Position numbers and translations under genes: made by a program
Notes under the pieces: generated by a model
The model's database searches: none
Told to the model about the DNA's origin: nothing
What the model saw: the letters and a program-made list of their open reading frames with translations, nothing else
Virus record (IMG/VR): IMGVR_UViG_3300018495_000013
Span: 62-64,061 of that record
Reading direction: 5' to 3' (one strand)
DNA length: 64,000 nt
Origin: a virus
Lineage: Duplodnaviria > Caudoviricetes
Part shown: positions 27,214-35,601 of the stretch, piece by piece
Position numbering within the stretch: the first letter of the stretch is position 1
Layout: each line of letters starts with the position of its first letter

Positions 27214-28047
27214 ATGCGAATAACGAAAAAAAATTATTTTAGTGAAAAAGCGAATATGGAGTATATGGGTTCTTCTCAATTTAGGGACTTTCTAAAATGT
27301 GAAGCAAGAGCGTTAGCAATAGCAAAAGGAGAGTATGTTCCCGAAAAGACTACTGCATTATTGCAAGGTTCTTACCTAGATGCGTTTTTTGAAGGAACGC
27401 TAGACGAGTTTAAGCAAGAACACCCTGAAATGTTTAAGAAAAATGGGGAGTTATTAGCGACATACAAAGATGTAGACAATATTATAGAAGTAATCAAGCA
27501 AGACACAGTTTTCTACAAACATTGTACAGGAAAACAACAAAAGGTTATGACAGGAACTATTAACGGAGTAAAGTTTAAAATTCTCATAGATAGTATGCTT
27601 CCCGACATAACCGTTGACCGAAAGTTGATAAAAGACTTTGAAGATATTTATGACAAGAACGCTCGTATGCGTAAAGCCTTTTGGGAGTATTGGGGTTACG
27701 ATATACAAGGGGCTATATATCAAGAAATAAGAAAGCAAAATGAAAAAGGAAAACAAAAACCATTTGTGCTTGCGTGTGCTACCAAAGAAAAAGTAACTGA
27801 CAAAAAACTAATAATGTTCGACCAATGCTATCTTGATTTTGCATTAACCGAAATAATAGCAGAGAACGCACCTAGATATGATGCGATAAAGAAAGGAATT
27901 ATCGAACCAACTGCCTGCGGTGTTTGTGAGTATTGCAAAAGCAAAAATAAACTAAAAGAAAACGAATATACAATGGCAAGCGAATTCGTATATGATGGCG
28001 AATTCAATGATTTAGAACTCATACAAGATGAAGAAGAAAACAATTAA
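27214..28047 (+). CDS. PD-(D/E)xK exonuclease (DUF3799/RecE-like)
   Basis: YMGSSQFRDF.CE, K..ID, D.K, YDIQGAIYQ, CGVCEYC. Confidence 0.82.
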   Translation: MRITKKNYFSEKANMEYMGSSQFRDFLKCEARALAIAKGEYVPEKTTALLQGSYLDAFFEGTLDEFKQEHPEMFKKNGELLATYKDVDNIIEVIKQDTVFYKHCTGKQQKVMTGTINGVKFKILIDSMLPDITVDRKLIKDFEDIYDKNARMRKAFWEYWGYDIQGAIYQEIRKQNEKGKQKPFVLACATKEKVTDKKLIMFDQCYLDFALTEIIAENAPRYDAIKKGIIEPTACGVCEYCKSKNKLKENEYTMASEFVYDGEFNDLELIQDEEENN

Positions 28048-28062
28048 AAGGAGTAGAGAAAA

Positions 28063-28599
28063 ATGCCTGATTTAACCAAGTTTTATGACCCTAACTATTG
28101 CTGTTCCGCTATGTTTACTCAAGGCGAAACGAAAACACTAACCATTAGAGCCGTCAAGTCAAAAGTTTTGTACTTGCAAGGCAAGGGAGAGTGCAGACAA
28201 CCTGTTCTTTTCTTTAAGGAAACAGGTGTTTGGAAAGACGAAAATGCTCAACCCATTCTTGATAAATATAATAAACCTATCATTAAGGAAGAAGTACCGC
28301 TCGTATTGTCTGCAAAAGCCAATAAGGACAAAATGATTGAGTTATATGGCAAAGACACAGACCAATGGATAGGAAAACAAATAACCGTATTTAGCGACCC
28401 AAATGTTAAAGTTGGTGGCAGAAAAGTAGGTGGAATAAGAATCAAAGCACCTATTCGTGCAGAAAAGAGCAATGTTGTTTGCCCTATTTGCGGTAAGGTT
28501 ATCAACGCAAGCAATGGTATGACACCCACTCAAATACTTGATTATAGCGAATTAAAGAAAGGTGTTAGAGCGTGTTTAGATTGCGCTTCTAAAATGTAG
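28063..28599 (+). CDS. Putative recombination/annealing partner protein
   Basis: Lies between the exonuclease and SSB; WIGKQITVF..GGIRI and a C-terminal Zn finger. Confidence 0.5.
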   Translation: MPDLTKFYDPNYCCSAMFTQGETKTLTIRAVKSKVLYLQGKGECRQPVLFFKETGVWKDENAQPILDKYNKPIIKEEVPLVLSAKANKDKMIELYGKDTDQWIGKQITVFSDPNVKVGGRKVGGIRIKAPIRAEKSNVVCPICGKVINASNGMTPTQILDYSELKKGVRACLDCASKM

Positions 28600-28613
28600 C
28601 AAGGAGTATCATT

Positions 28614-29087
28614 ATGGCAATTACAAATAGTTGCAGATTTATAGGAAGAATTACCAAAAACCTTGAGGCAACCCCTTTGAATAGTGGTAAGACTATGGTA
28701 AAAATGAGTCTTGCCGTTCAAAGAGATTTCAAAAACGCTTTTGGCGAATATGAAACCGATTTCATATCATTCGTTGCGTTTAATTCAAATGCAGATTACC
28801 TACTTAAATATGCGGAAAAAGGCGATGATATTATCATAGAATCTACTTGTAGACCGCGCTCTTACGAGAATAAAGAAGGTAAAACTATTACAGTTATAGA
28901 GTTTCTTGTTGATAGCGTAAAAATATTCAAGAGAAAGACAGGTGTGAATGTGTCTAAAACAACGGAAAGCAATCCTGAAATAACCGCTCTTGATACATAT
29001 AATACAAAAGAGCCTTCCGTTTCCACAATGGAAAAATATCCTAATGGAATTATTTGTGCCGAATCAGAAGCAGAACTACCTTTCTAG
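28614..29087 (+). CDS. ssb: Single-stranded DNA-binding protein
   Basis: IGRITKN, LAVQR, TDFISFVAF, acidic ELPF tail. Confidence 0.92.
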   Translation: MAITNSCRFIGRITKNLEATPLNSGKTMVKMSLAVQRDFKNAFGEYETDFISFVAFNSNADYLLKYAEKGDDIIIESTCRPRSYENKEGKTITVIEFLVDSVKIFKRKTGVNVSKTTESNPEITALDTYNTKEPSVSTMEKYPNGIICAESEAELPF

Positions 29088-29088
29088 T

Positions 29089-29544
29089 ATGCGTATTTAT
29101 TGTGATAGTAATCAAAAGAAAGATAAGCATATAGCAAAGGAAAACTATTTTAACGAGCAAGGCTATACCATAATAAGACAACGCCTAAAAGTTGGAGATT
29201 ATATGCTAGACCTTAACGATAAAATATCTGTTGATACAAAACAAAATATGGAAGAACTTTGCTCTAACCTTTTTGACAAAGAAGATAGCAAAAGATTTAT
29301 TAGAGAGTGTATTAGAGCAAAAAAGAACCATATTAAACTTGTATTTCTAATCGAAGAACCTATTACGGAAGAAACGATACCCAATATAACGCTAGGAAAC
29401 GCTGAACACAAAATGATAATTAAAAGCTCTCAAATAAAGGAAAGAATAAAATACTTTAAGAAAATATATGGAGTGCGGTTTTTGTTTTGTGCCAAAGACC
29501 GCGTAGGAGCGAAAATAATAGATGTTTTGCGTAATGGTGAGTAA
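29089..29544 (+). CDS. ERCC4-like nuclease
   Basis: IYCDSNQK, LKVGDY, VDTKQN.EEL; start reassigned to ATG 29089. Confidence 0.75.
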   Translation: MRIYCDSNQKKDKHIAKENYFNEQGYTIIRQRLKVGDYMLDLNDKISVDTKQNMEELCSNLFDKEDSKRFIRECIRAKKNHIKLVFLIEEPITEETIPNITLGNAEHKMIIKSSQIKERIKYFKKIYGVRFLFCAKDRVGAKIIDVLRNGE

Positions 29545-29604
29545 GACAACGAGAAAACAAAAACATTTCAATTTTGCCCCTAAAATCAAGCCTAGAGCAA
29601 AGAC

Positions 29605-29630
29605 AAGGCTAGCAGTTCGCTAGCCTTTTT
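29605..29630. terminator. Terminator at the convergence of the two genome arms
   Basis: AAGGCTAGC-agttc-GCTAGCCTT followed by T-run. Confidence 0.8.
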
Positions 29631-29654
29631 AAATAAAATATTAAATTGTATGTT

Positions 29655-30029
29655 TTAGTTCGCTATCCAATAACAATCTACGGCACTATTAGTGCAATCA
29701 AATATGTCATATATTATGCCATCTATCGAGCAAGTTAAATGACCTTCAATGCGAATAATAATTGTATTATTCGGATAAGAACTAGAGATTTCCCCAACAG
29801 TTTCACTTTGATTACAATATCTTATGGGTAGGTTGAAAACATCTGTTAATAGTTTTTCATAACACCACAAACACAATTTAGGACAACCGTGATGCTTCGC
29901 AACTAATGACAAAAGGTTTGCCGTTGCTGGATACGGAATCTTCAACGCAAGGGAGATTGCTCGTGTAACGCAATCTTCTTCTTCCGTTTGATTGGGGTTT
30001 CTATTGTAATAAGAAAAATTGTCAGTCAT
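29655..30029 (-). CDS. Putative papain-fold (Cys-His-Asp) peptidase
   Basis: DC20VTRAI...GH97LTC..YDIFD. Confidence 0.5.
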   Translation of the reverse strand: MTDNFSYYNRNPNQTEEEDCVTRAISLALKIPYPATANLLSLVAKHHGCPKLCLWCYEKLLTDVFNLPIRYCNQSETVGEISSSYPNNTIIIRIEGHLTCSIDGIIYDIFDCTNSAVDCYWIAN

Positions 30030-30038
30030 AGTTTTAGA

Positions 30039-30788
30039 TTATTCTTTAATGATACATTGATAGTATGCCCAAAGTTTTTGTTCTCCATCGCCCTTGTAAT
30101 CTTTATCCATTAGGAAGTCTTTTGCAAGGTCTAGGTAAAATTCAGGTCTATCTACGCCATACTTTTTAGCAGTAGTGCAATGGTCGGAATACTTCATATT
30201 CATAGCCATACACAAGACTTTATCGCCACCCATTTTATTGGCATCTACGCCCATTTGTTTAGCGATTTGAGAACATTGTTCTTTCGTATAATGTTTGCCC
30301 ATTGTGCCATCATTATTTTCTAGTTTGTGTTCCCAATCTTGTATATCGTGGTCGGTTAATTTGCCAAATTGCATTTCACCGTAATCTCTGCGCATATCAT
30401 AGCCATAATCCCTACGCATATCGTAACCGCTGTCGTAGCCATAATCATAGCCATAGTCATAGTTTTGCATATTATAGTCGCCGTAATCATAATTTTGCAT
30501 ATTATAGTCGCCACCACGCATATCGTATTCATATCTACGCATATCTTGTTGGTTTCTATTCATATCGCCATAATCTCTGCCACCACGACCACCTCGAGAA
30601 CCACGACCACCACCGCGTGCCATATCGCCCATACGCATTTCGTTTGGCATCATTCGGTTCATATCGCCTCTGTCGCCACGCGGTCTGCGAGTAGTAATAT
30701 ATCCACCACGAGAGCCATAAGGATTTCTACCATCGCCTTCTTGCATACCATATTTTGCCATAAGCATATCTTTTACAAATTGGTTCAT
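30039..30788 (-). CDS. RGG/YD-rich low-complexity protein with helical C-terminal domain
   Basis: RGG boxes; GDYNMQNYDY repeated with a 30-nt period (30457-30512). Confidence 0.8.
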   Translation of the reverse strand: MNQFVKDMLMAKYGMQEGDGRNPYGSRGGYITTRRPRGDRGDMNRMMPNEMRMGDMARGGGRGSRGGRGGRDYGDMNRNQQDMRRYEYDMRGGDYNMQNYDYGDYNMQNYDYGYDYGYDSGYDMRRDYGYDMRRDYGEMQFGKLTDHDIQDWEHKLENNDGTMGKHYTKEQCSQIAKQMGVDANKMGGDKVLCMAMNMKYSDHCTTAKKYGVDRPEFYLDLAKDFLMDKDYKGDGEQKLWAYYQCIIKE

Positions 30789-30790
30789 AG

Positions 30791-31234
30791 TTAAAACTCC
30801 TTACTTACATTAAATACCACGCTAGTAAAGGTTGCTCCTACTCCTACATTTTGCAAAGAGATGGTTTGTGCGATAGTAGAAGGATTGTTGAGAACACAAT
30901 CTTTATCCACAAGAATATAATAATCAATAACAAAGGTTCTAAATTCAGTAGTAGCGGTAGTTATGGTTTCAGTTGAAATTGCTCCGTCTACTACTTCGCC
31001 ATTCGCAAGAAGTTGTACGCTAACATCACCTGCAACAGTACCTGTGCCAACAAGAGTAGCAGTAATATGATAAATACCACTATGGTTTAGGGTAACATCT
31101 TGTGTGGTTCTTGAAAAAGCAGTAACCCCACAATTATTTTTCTTGCAATATCTACGATAAGTAGAGCCAAGATTGATAATGCCATCGGTAAGCACAGTTT
31201 GAGTGCCTACATTTTTAGTTCCTAAAAGTAACAT
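30791..31234 (-). CDS. BclA-C/C1q-like beta-sandwich protein
   Basis: TLNHSGIYHITATL..G.V.VQLLANG pattern. Confidence 0.5.
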   Translation of the reverse strand: MLLLGTKNVGTQTVLTDGIINLGSTYRRYCKKNNCGVTAFSRTTQDVTLNHSGIYHITATLVGTGTVAGDVSVQLLANGEVVDGAISTETITTATTEFRTFVIDYYILVDKDCVLNNPSTIAQTISLQNVGVGATFTSVVFNVSKEF

Positions 31235-31259
31235 ATTTTTTTCTCCTTTTAATAAAAGA

Positions 31260-31283
31260 AAGGGTAGGTTTTACCCTACCCTT
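31260..31283 (-). terminator. Hairpin within the cassette
   Basis: AAGGGTAGG/CCTACCCTT with a T-run on the minus strand. Confidence 0.6.
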
Positions 31284-31328
31284 GTAGGATAACTAATCCT
31301 TTTCGCAATAATAGTTATAATATGCTAA

Positions 31329-32006
31329 CTATTGAACATTTACTCCGCAAGCATTGTAGCAACAATTAGGGTTCGGTACTACATAAGCAGGGATGGGGCA
31401 AGTCTTGAGTTCGCTTAACAAGTAAGCACTTTGCTTATCGTTGCTAATTTGAGCCTTTAGACCAGCGTTTTCCGCTTGTAGACCAGCAATCTTTTCGGTA
31501 GTCAAGAAGTCAAGTATTGCACGAGTGTTGTCTTGTCCTGCACGAATAATGTCGCAAGTGTTTCTTTCGTTTGCATACTTCACATCTGCGATTGCAGCCC
31601 TAGTATCACAGCAGCATTGAGCGAGTTGGGTAGATAGAGCGTTGAAGCCTGCTTGGTTTTGGTAGCCAAGAGTACAGATAGCATTGTTTATACCTGCGAA
31701 GCCATTGGTTACGGTTTGGTTGATGCCACCGAAGCCTTGGTTGATAAAGTTTTGCATAGTTGCTTGACCGAGTAGAATGTCGTTGAGGTCGCTCATAATT
31801 TCGCTGTTTGCAAAACCTGCGGAAAGGTCGGCTTGGGTAGCGCAGTTGCCACGGTTGTTTCCACCACCAAAGCCAAAGCCATTACCACCGAACAAAGCAC
31901 CGATTAGTGCCAAACCAATAATCCAGGAAAAATCTCCCCAGCCATTGTAGCCGTTGTTTCCGTTAGTATTAGTTACAACTTGAGGTAATTCACCTTCAAT
32001 ATACAT
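31329..32006 (-). CDS. G/N/F-rich protein with CCC motif and coiled coil
   Basis: SD AAGGAG before ATG 32006; one hydrophobic segment, QLAQCCCDTR. Confidence 0.8.
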   Translation of the reverse strand: MYIEGELPQVVTNTNGNNGYNGWGDFSWIIGLALIGALFGGNGFGFGGGNNRGNCATQADLSAGFANSEIMSDLNDILLGQATMQNFINQGFGGINQTVTNGFAGINNAICTLGYQNQAGFNALSTQLAQCCCDTRAAIADVKYANERNTCDIIRAGQDNTRAILDFLTTEKIAGLQAENAGLKAQISNDKQSAYLLSELKTCPIPAYVVPNPNCCYNACGVNVQ

Positions 32007-32079
32007 AAGTTTAATCTCCTTTAATAATTTATTTATATATACAAGCAAATTCGCGCGCACTTTTGCTTGGAATATATTT

Positions 32080-32322
32080 TTAGTTGTTAAGTATTTGATT
32101 TATAATTTCAATCGTGCTTGCTTCCACACCATTTTGCATAGCCATTTGCATAATAAACTCTTTAGGGTTGCGACCATTAGCCATATTCTTTAATTGGGTA
32201 AGTTGTTGTTGCATTTGAGGGTTTTGTTGCAACATTGCGTTCATAATCATTTGAGGGTTTTTGCCTTGTTTTTTTGCCATAGCAATATATTGTAAAGTTT
32301 GATTTAATTGTGGGTTATTCAT
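32080..32322 (-). CDS. Q/N/M-rich small protein
   Basis: SD-led; GKNPQMIMNAMLQQNPQ. Confidence 0.8.
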   Translation of the reverse strand: MNNPQLNQTLQYIAMAKKQGKNPQMIMNAMLQQNPQMQQQLTQLKNMANGRNPKEFIMQMAMQNGVEASTIEIINQILNN

Positions 32323-32329
32323 AATTCAC

Positions 32330-32452
32330 CTACCTACTAACAATTACTTTTTTAAGAACTTCTATTTCTTTTTGCATTTCCTTGATTTGTTTTTCAAGTT
32401 CCTTTAGTTTCTTGGTACATTTACAAGTGCTATTATTAGTTGTGTTTTCCAT
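32330..32452 (-). CDS. Small coiled-coil protein (40 aa, not in the ORF track)
   Basis: MENTTNNSTCKCTKKLKELEKQIKEMQKEIEVLKKVIVSR, overlap-coupled. Confidence 0.6.
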   Translation of the reverse strand: MENTTNNSTCKCTKKLKELEKQIKEMQKEIEVLKKVIVSR

Positions 32453-32927
32453 TGTTTTGTTTACCCCCTATTTGTTTTTGTAGTGCTTCTATTTTGGAAA
32501 CAAGGTCATTGTATTGTTTGACGCTCACAAAACCGCCTAAATCTTCCTTTTTGGCAAAAATTGAATAATCCATCGTTTCTTTAGGCTCTTGCTTTTCTTC
32601 ATTAGGTTTTACTTCTTTGAAGTATTTAATGTATGATAGCCCATCATTATTGCAAATTTTTTCGTAGTACATATTATTAGACCTATCTATAAAAATGCCT
32701 TTTGCATTAGGGTTCAAGATATATGCCTCAGCTTCCTTCAAAGAGCCGTAGCCTACAAATTGGATAGGCATTTCAAATTGCATAGGTGTTTGTTGCGGTT
32801 GTGCCATTGGTTGTTGTTGTATAGGTTGTTGCCTATTATATTGTTGTCCTTGTCCGTACATATTGCCATAATAAGGTGATTGGTACGAGAAAGGAACATT
32901 GCCGTAGTTTCCATAATTGCCGTTCAT
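32436..32927 (-). CDS. Y/G/N/Q-rich N-terminus protein, first gene of the cassette
   Basis: SD AAGGAG; prion-like N-terminal 50 aa. Confidence 0.8.
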   Translation of the reverse strand: MNGNYGNYGNVPFSYQSPYYGNMYGQGQQYNRQQPIQQQPMAQPQQTPMQFEMPIQFVGYGSLKEAEAYILNPNAKGIFIDRSNNMYYEKICNNDGLSYIKYFKEVKPNEEKQEPKETMDYSIFAKKEDLGGFVSVKQYNDLVSKIEALQKQIGGKQNNGKHN

Positions 32928-32976
32928 AATTCAATCTCCTTTTTGTCGGGTTCTATGATAAAAAATTAGCAAAAAA

Positions 32977-33040
32977 GTCCACGATGTACAATGGACAAAT
33001 CGTGGACATTATTAAAAAAATCGTGGACAAATCGTGGACA
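32977..33040. promoter_or_regulatory. Operator array upstream of the cassette
   Basis: ATCGTGGAC at 32999, 33020 and 33031, inverted at 32977; the 17-mer TGGACAAATCGTGGACA occurs twice. Confidence 0.7.
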
Positions 33041-33051
33041 ATACAAAAAAA

Positions 33052-33075
33052 TAGCGTAGATTTTACTCTACGCTA
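33052..33075 (-). terminator. Terminator after the AgrB-HTH gene
   Basis: TAGCGTAGA-ttttac-TCTACGCTA with a T-run on the minus strand. Confidence 0.75.
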
Positions 33076-33090
33076 CTCTCGTAAGTATGA

Positions 33091-33648
33091 TTATGGGAAT
33101 AATTCCTTTTTCATACGATATTTAATTTTCTTTACGCTCTCCCTATCAACAGGATTGTCTTGTGTTTCACATAACCACAACCAAACATCTTTGGGCTTTT
33201 CTTTATCATAAAAGAATTTAATAGCCATTTCGGTTTTAAGTTCATTGTAGTTATGCAATTTACACAATGATATAAGTTTATCTTTCTCGCTAACAACTGG
33301 GTCAAATAACAAACTCTCCGCATACATTAATAAGGGTATTACTGCTCCTACTAAAACGCTCCATATAACACTTATGTTCTTTGGGATACAACCTACTGCT
33401 AGGAATAACACAAAGGTCATGCTAGAAACCAATATGCACTTTTGTGGTGTTGCAAAATGCTTTATCTTTGGTACAAGAAATCGTGTAGTAAAGAAACCAC
33501 CCAATATAAAGGTGGCTTCTAATAGTTTGCCTATCAATAAGCCAAAAGCAAGTATAATACCTATAATGCTAACATAACCTATTGTGGCAATAATATAGCC
33601 TTGTAGTTTAAGCCTTTGCTTCGGACTTAATTTCTTCAAGTCTTTCAT
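33091..33648 (-). CDS. AgrB-like membrane peptidase fused to a C-terminal HTH
   Basis: About 4 TM helices; E..F....F.T.R56......H64-x6-C71-xxx-S matches AgrB R/H/C spacing; LLMYA at the YAP position; sigma-region-4/LuxR-like tail. Confidence 0.65.
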   Translation of the reverse strand: MKDLKKLSPKQRLKLQGYIIATIGYVSIIGIILAFGLLIGKLLEATFILGGFFTTRFLVPKIKHFATPQKCILVSSMTFVLFLAVGCIPKNISVIWSVLVGAVIPLLMYAESLLFDPVVSEKDKLISLCKLHNYNELKTEMAIKFFYDKEKPKDVWLWLCETQDNPVDRESVKKIKYRMKKELFP

Positions 33649-33802
33649 CGATAGCCTTTAGTTCTTCGTCTATTTCGACATATCTCTTGTCAAGAGCAGT
33701 TATTTGTTCACGATTTTCACGCTTTTCTTTTAATAGTTCAGCCTTTCTCTTTTCAAGTCTTTGTTCTTCACTATGTTGAAACCAAGCGAAATATTTACTC
33801 AT
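33608..33802 (-). CDS. Candidate AgrD-like propeptide (leaderless)
   Basis: SD AAGGGGGT; MSKYFAWF then QHSEEQ and a charged coiled coil. Confidence 0.5.
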   Translation of the reverse strand: MSKYFAWFQHSEEQRLEKRKAELLKEKRENREQITALDKRYVEIDEELKAIDERLEEIKSEAKA

Positions 33803-34394
33803 TGTCTTTAACCCCCTTTTTAGATTTTATTAAGTTTGCGTAGCCGTAGTATAGCAAAGTCATAATAAGCACATCAAATGAATATATCATGCCGATAATG
33901 GAATTATTGTATATCTCTTGTGGAGTAGTTCCTTTTGTAAACATAGATATTACTTGGAACAAAATCAACAATACATTAGCCAATATTATTTTCCAATAGG
34001 ATTTCCAATCTTTCCCAATCAATATTGCAGGTAGTAGAATAACTTGCCATATATCGAATATAATTCCATACTCAAAGCACCATATTTTAATAGCAGTTCC
34101 ACCTAGTACGGTTATTATAACAAGTATCAATTCCCATATTTTATATCTATTTCTTTGTAGAATAGCAAGAGTAAAGAAATATACGGATACAAAACAATAT
34201 AAACCACTCATTATGTAGTCTAACCACAAGTGAGTATCTTTGTATTCGCATACCTTTATAAATGCCTCATTGTTACATATAATTTCAAAAAGGTTACCAC
34301 CGAACATCTTGATAACAAAGCATACTGCTAATGCTACCCAAGAAGCGATGATAACCCTTTTCAAGTATTTTATTTTGTCTATGTTGCAGTTCAT
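33795..34394 (-). CDS. Six-TM membrane protein, candidate peptide receptor or transporter
   Basis: Six hydrophobic segments in 199 aa; overlaps the propeptide start. Confidence 0.6.
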   Translation of the reverse strand: MNCNIDKIKYLKRVIIASWVALAVCFVIKMFGGNLFEIICNNEAFIKVCEYKDTHLWLDYIMSGLYCFVSVYFFTLAILQRNRYKIWELILVIITVLGGTAIKIWCFEYGIIFDIWQVILLPAILIGKDWKSYWKIILANVLLILFQVISMFTKGTTPQEIYNNSIIGMIYSFDVLIMTLLYYGYANLIKSKKGVKDNE

Positions 34395-34425
34395 AATTTC
34401 TATATATATCCTTACAAGAGTTTTA

Positions 34426-34917
34426 CTAATCCTTATTTACCAATTTGTAGAATAAGTCCGCTTTTGTTTCTTCTTTTTCCGTTGTGTCAAGCAATTTTTC
34501 GGTTTCTTCAGCAACTTTTTTAGCGGTAAGTTTTCCTTGTTTGTATGCAGTATATAGGTTCTTTGCCCAATTTACAAACTTTTCCACAATCTTTCTAGGA
34601 GATTGGCAAAGGAATAGGTATACTCCTTGAGTCATAAATGCCGTAGATACTGCCTTAAATACAATAGTTCCAATAGACATATCTACATTATGTACATACA
34701 TAAATCCAAATGTTATACCTAGTGTTGCAATAAAAGCAGGAACAGCGTATTCGTATTCAAACTTCTTTTCATACTTTTGCTTACGAATGCGTATTATAAT
34801 ATACTTAATTGCACTTACAATAAGTACAACAACAAAACAGAGTATGAACAATGCTATATATAACGCCAAGTCGTTAGCAAAAATAAAACTTACGAATGAT
34901 TGTGCGCTTTCTAACAT
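34426..34917 (-). CDS. Holin-like 3-TM membrane protein
   Basis: Three hydrophobic segments, charged C-terminus, downstream of the tail fibres. Confidence 0.5.
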   Translation of the reverse strand: MLESAQSFVSFIFANDLALYIALFILCFVVVLIVSAIKYIIIRIRKQKYEKKFEYEYAVPAFIATLGITFGFMYVHNVDMSIGTIVFKAVSTAFMTQGVYLFLCQSPRKIVEKFVNWAKNLYTAYKQGKLTAKKVAEETEKLLDTTEKEETKADLFYKLVNKD

Positions 34918-34921
34918 AATT

Positions 34922-35269
34922 CTATTCCCCCTTTAGGTTTTGTATGAAAGTTTTTACTGAGCTAATTTCTGCATCAAACTTTATTCTTTCGTCTTTTTCT
35001 ACAAAGTCCATTGCTTTTTGCTTTAGCGATTCACATTTCGTATTGTAGTCCGTGTTGTAGCCGTTCACTTTTCTTGTGTATTCTTCGTGGGCTTCCTTGA
35101 TTGCCGCATCTCGAGCCTTTTGAAGTTCTAGGATTTCAGGCTCTACTGTGCTTGATAGATAGTCGGATTTTGCTTTCTCTAGTAGTTTCTCGTACTTCTT
35201 TTCAAGTTCGATAACAACAGATTCAGCATACTCGACAATGTTGCTCTTTGCTTGTTTGATTTGCTCCAT
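34922..35269 (-). CDS. Coiled-coil hypothetical protein
   Basis: SD-led; helical and charged. Confidence 0.7.
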   Translation of the reverse strand: MEQIKQAKSNIVEYAESVVIELEKKYEKLLEKAKSDYLSSTVEPEILELQKARDAAIKEAHEEYTRKVNGYNTDYNTKCESLKQKAMDFVEKDERIKFDAEISSVKTFIQNLKGE

Positions 35270-35326
35270 AGTTGTTTTGCTCCTTTATAATATATTATAG
35301 TGGGTTTGCGTAATTATTGTACTACT

Positions 35327-35599
35327 TTATAACAGTTTTGTCAACTCTCGTGTAATAATATCTACAAGCACTTCTCTTATGCGTGGTTCAGAAAAACCAA
35401 TAACAATGCCTGTAAACAACAATGCAAGAAACACCCAATATGAAGTAGTGCATATATTATAAAACATCTTGGCTGGGGCTTTAATACAATCTACCCCTAT
35501 TTGCTTTAATTGCGATTTATAATCGTTACTTAAAGCACTTCCAAATGTTCCTTCAAAATGTGTATTTTCTTTAGGCTTTCTTTTGAATATGTTTTTCAT
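35327..35599 (-). CDS. Single-TM hypothetical protein
   Basis: YWVFLALLFTGIVIGF segment. Confidence 0.6.
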   Translation of the reverse strand: MKNIFKRKPKENTHFEGTFGSALSNDYKSQLKQIGVDCIKAPAKMFYNICTTSYWVFLALLFTGIVIGFSEPRIREVLVDIITRELTKLL

Positions 35600-35601
35600 A
35601 T

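Noticed and set aside
30302-30794. Plus-strand His-rich and Ile-rich ORFs (30302-30694, 30369-30794)
   Set aside because: Antisense shadows of the repetitive minus-strand gene; no SD
32977-33040. Short direct repeats as a mini CRISPR array
   Set aside because: Units are 9-17 bp with no spacer-length unique sequences and no cas genes; they fit an operator better
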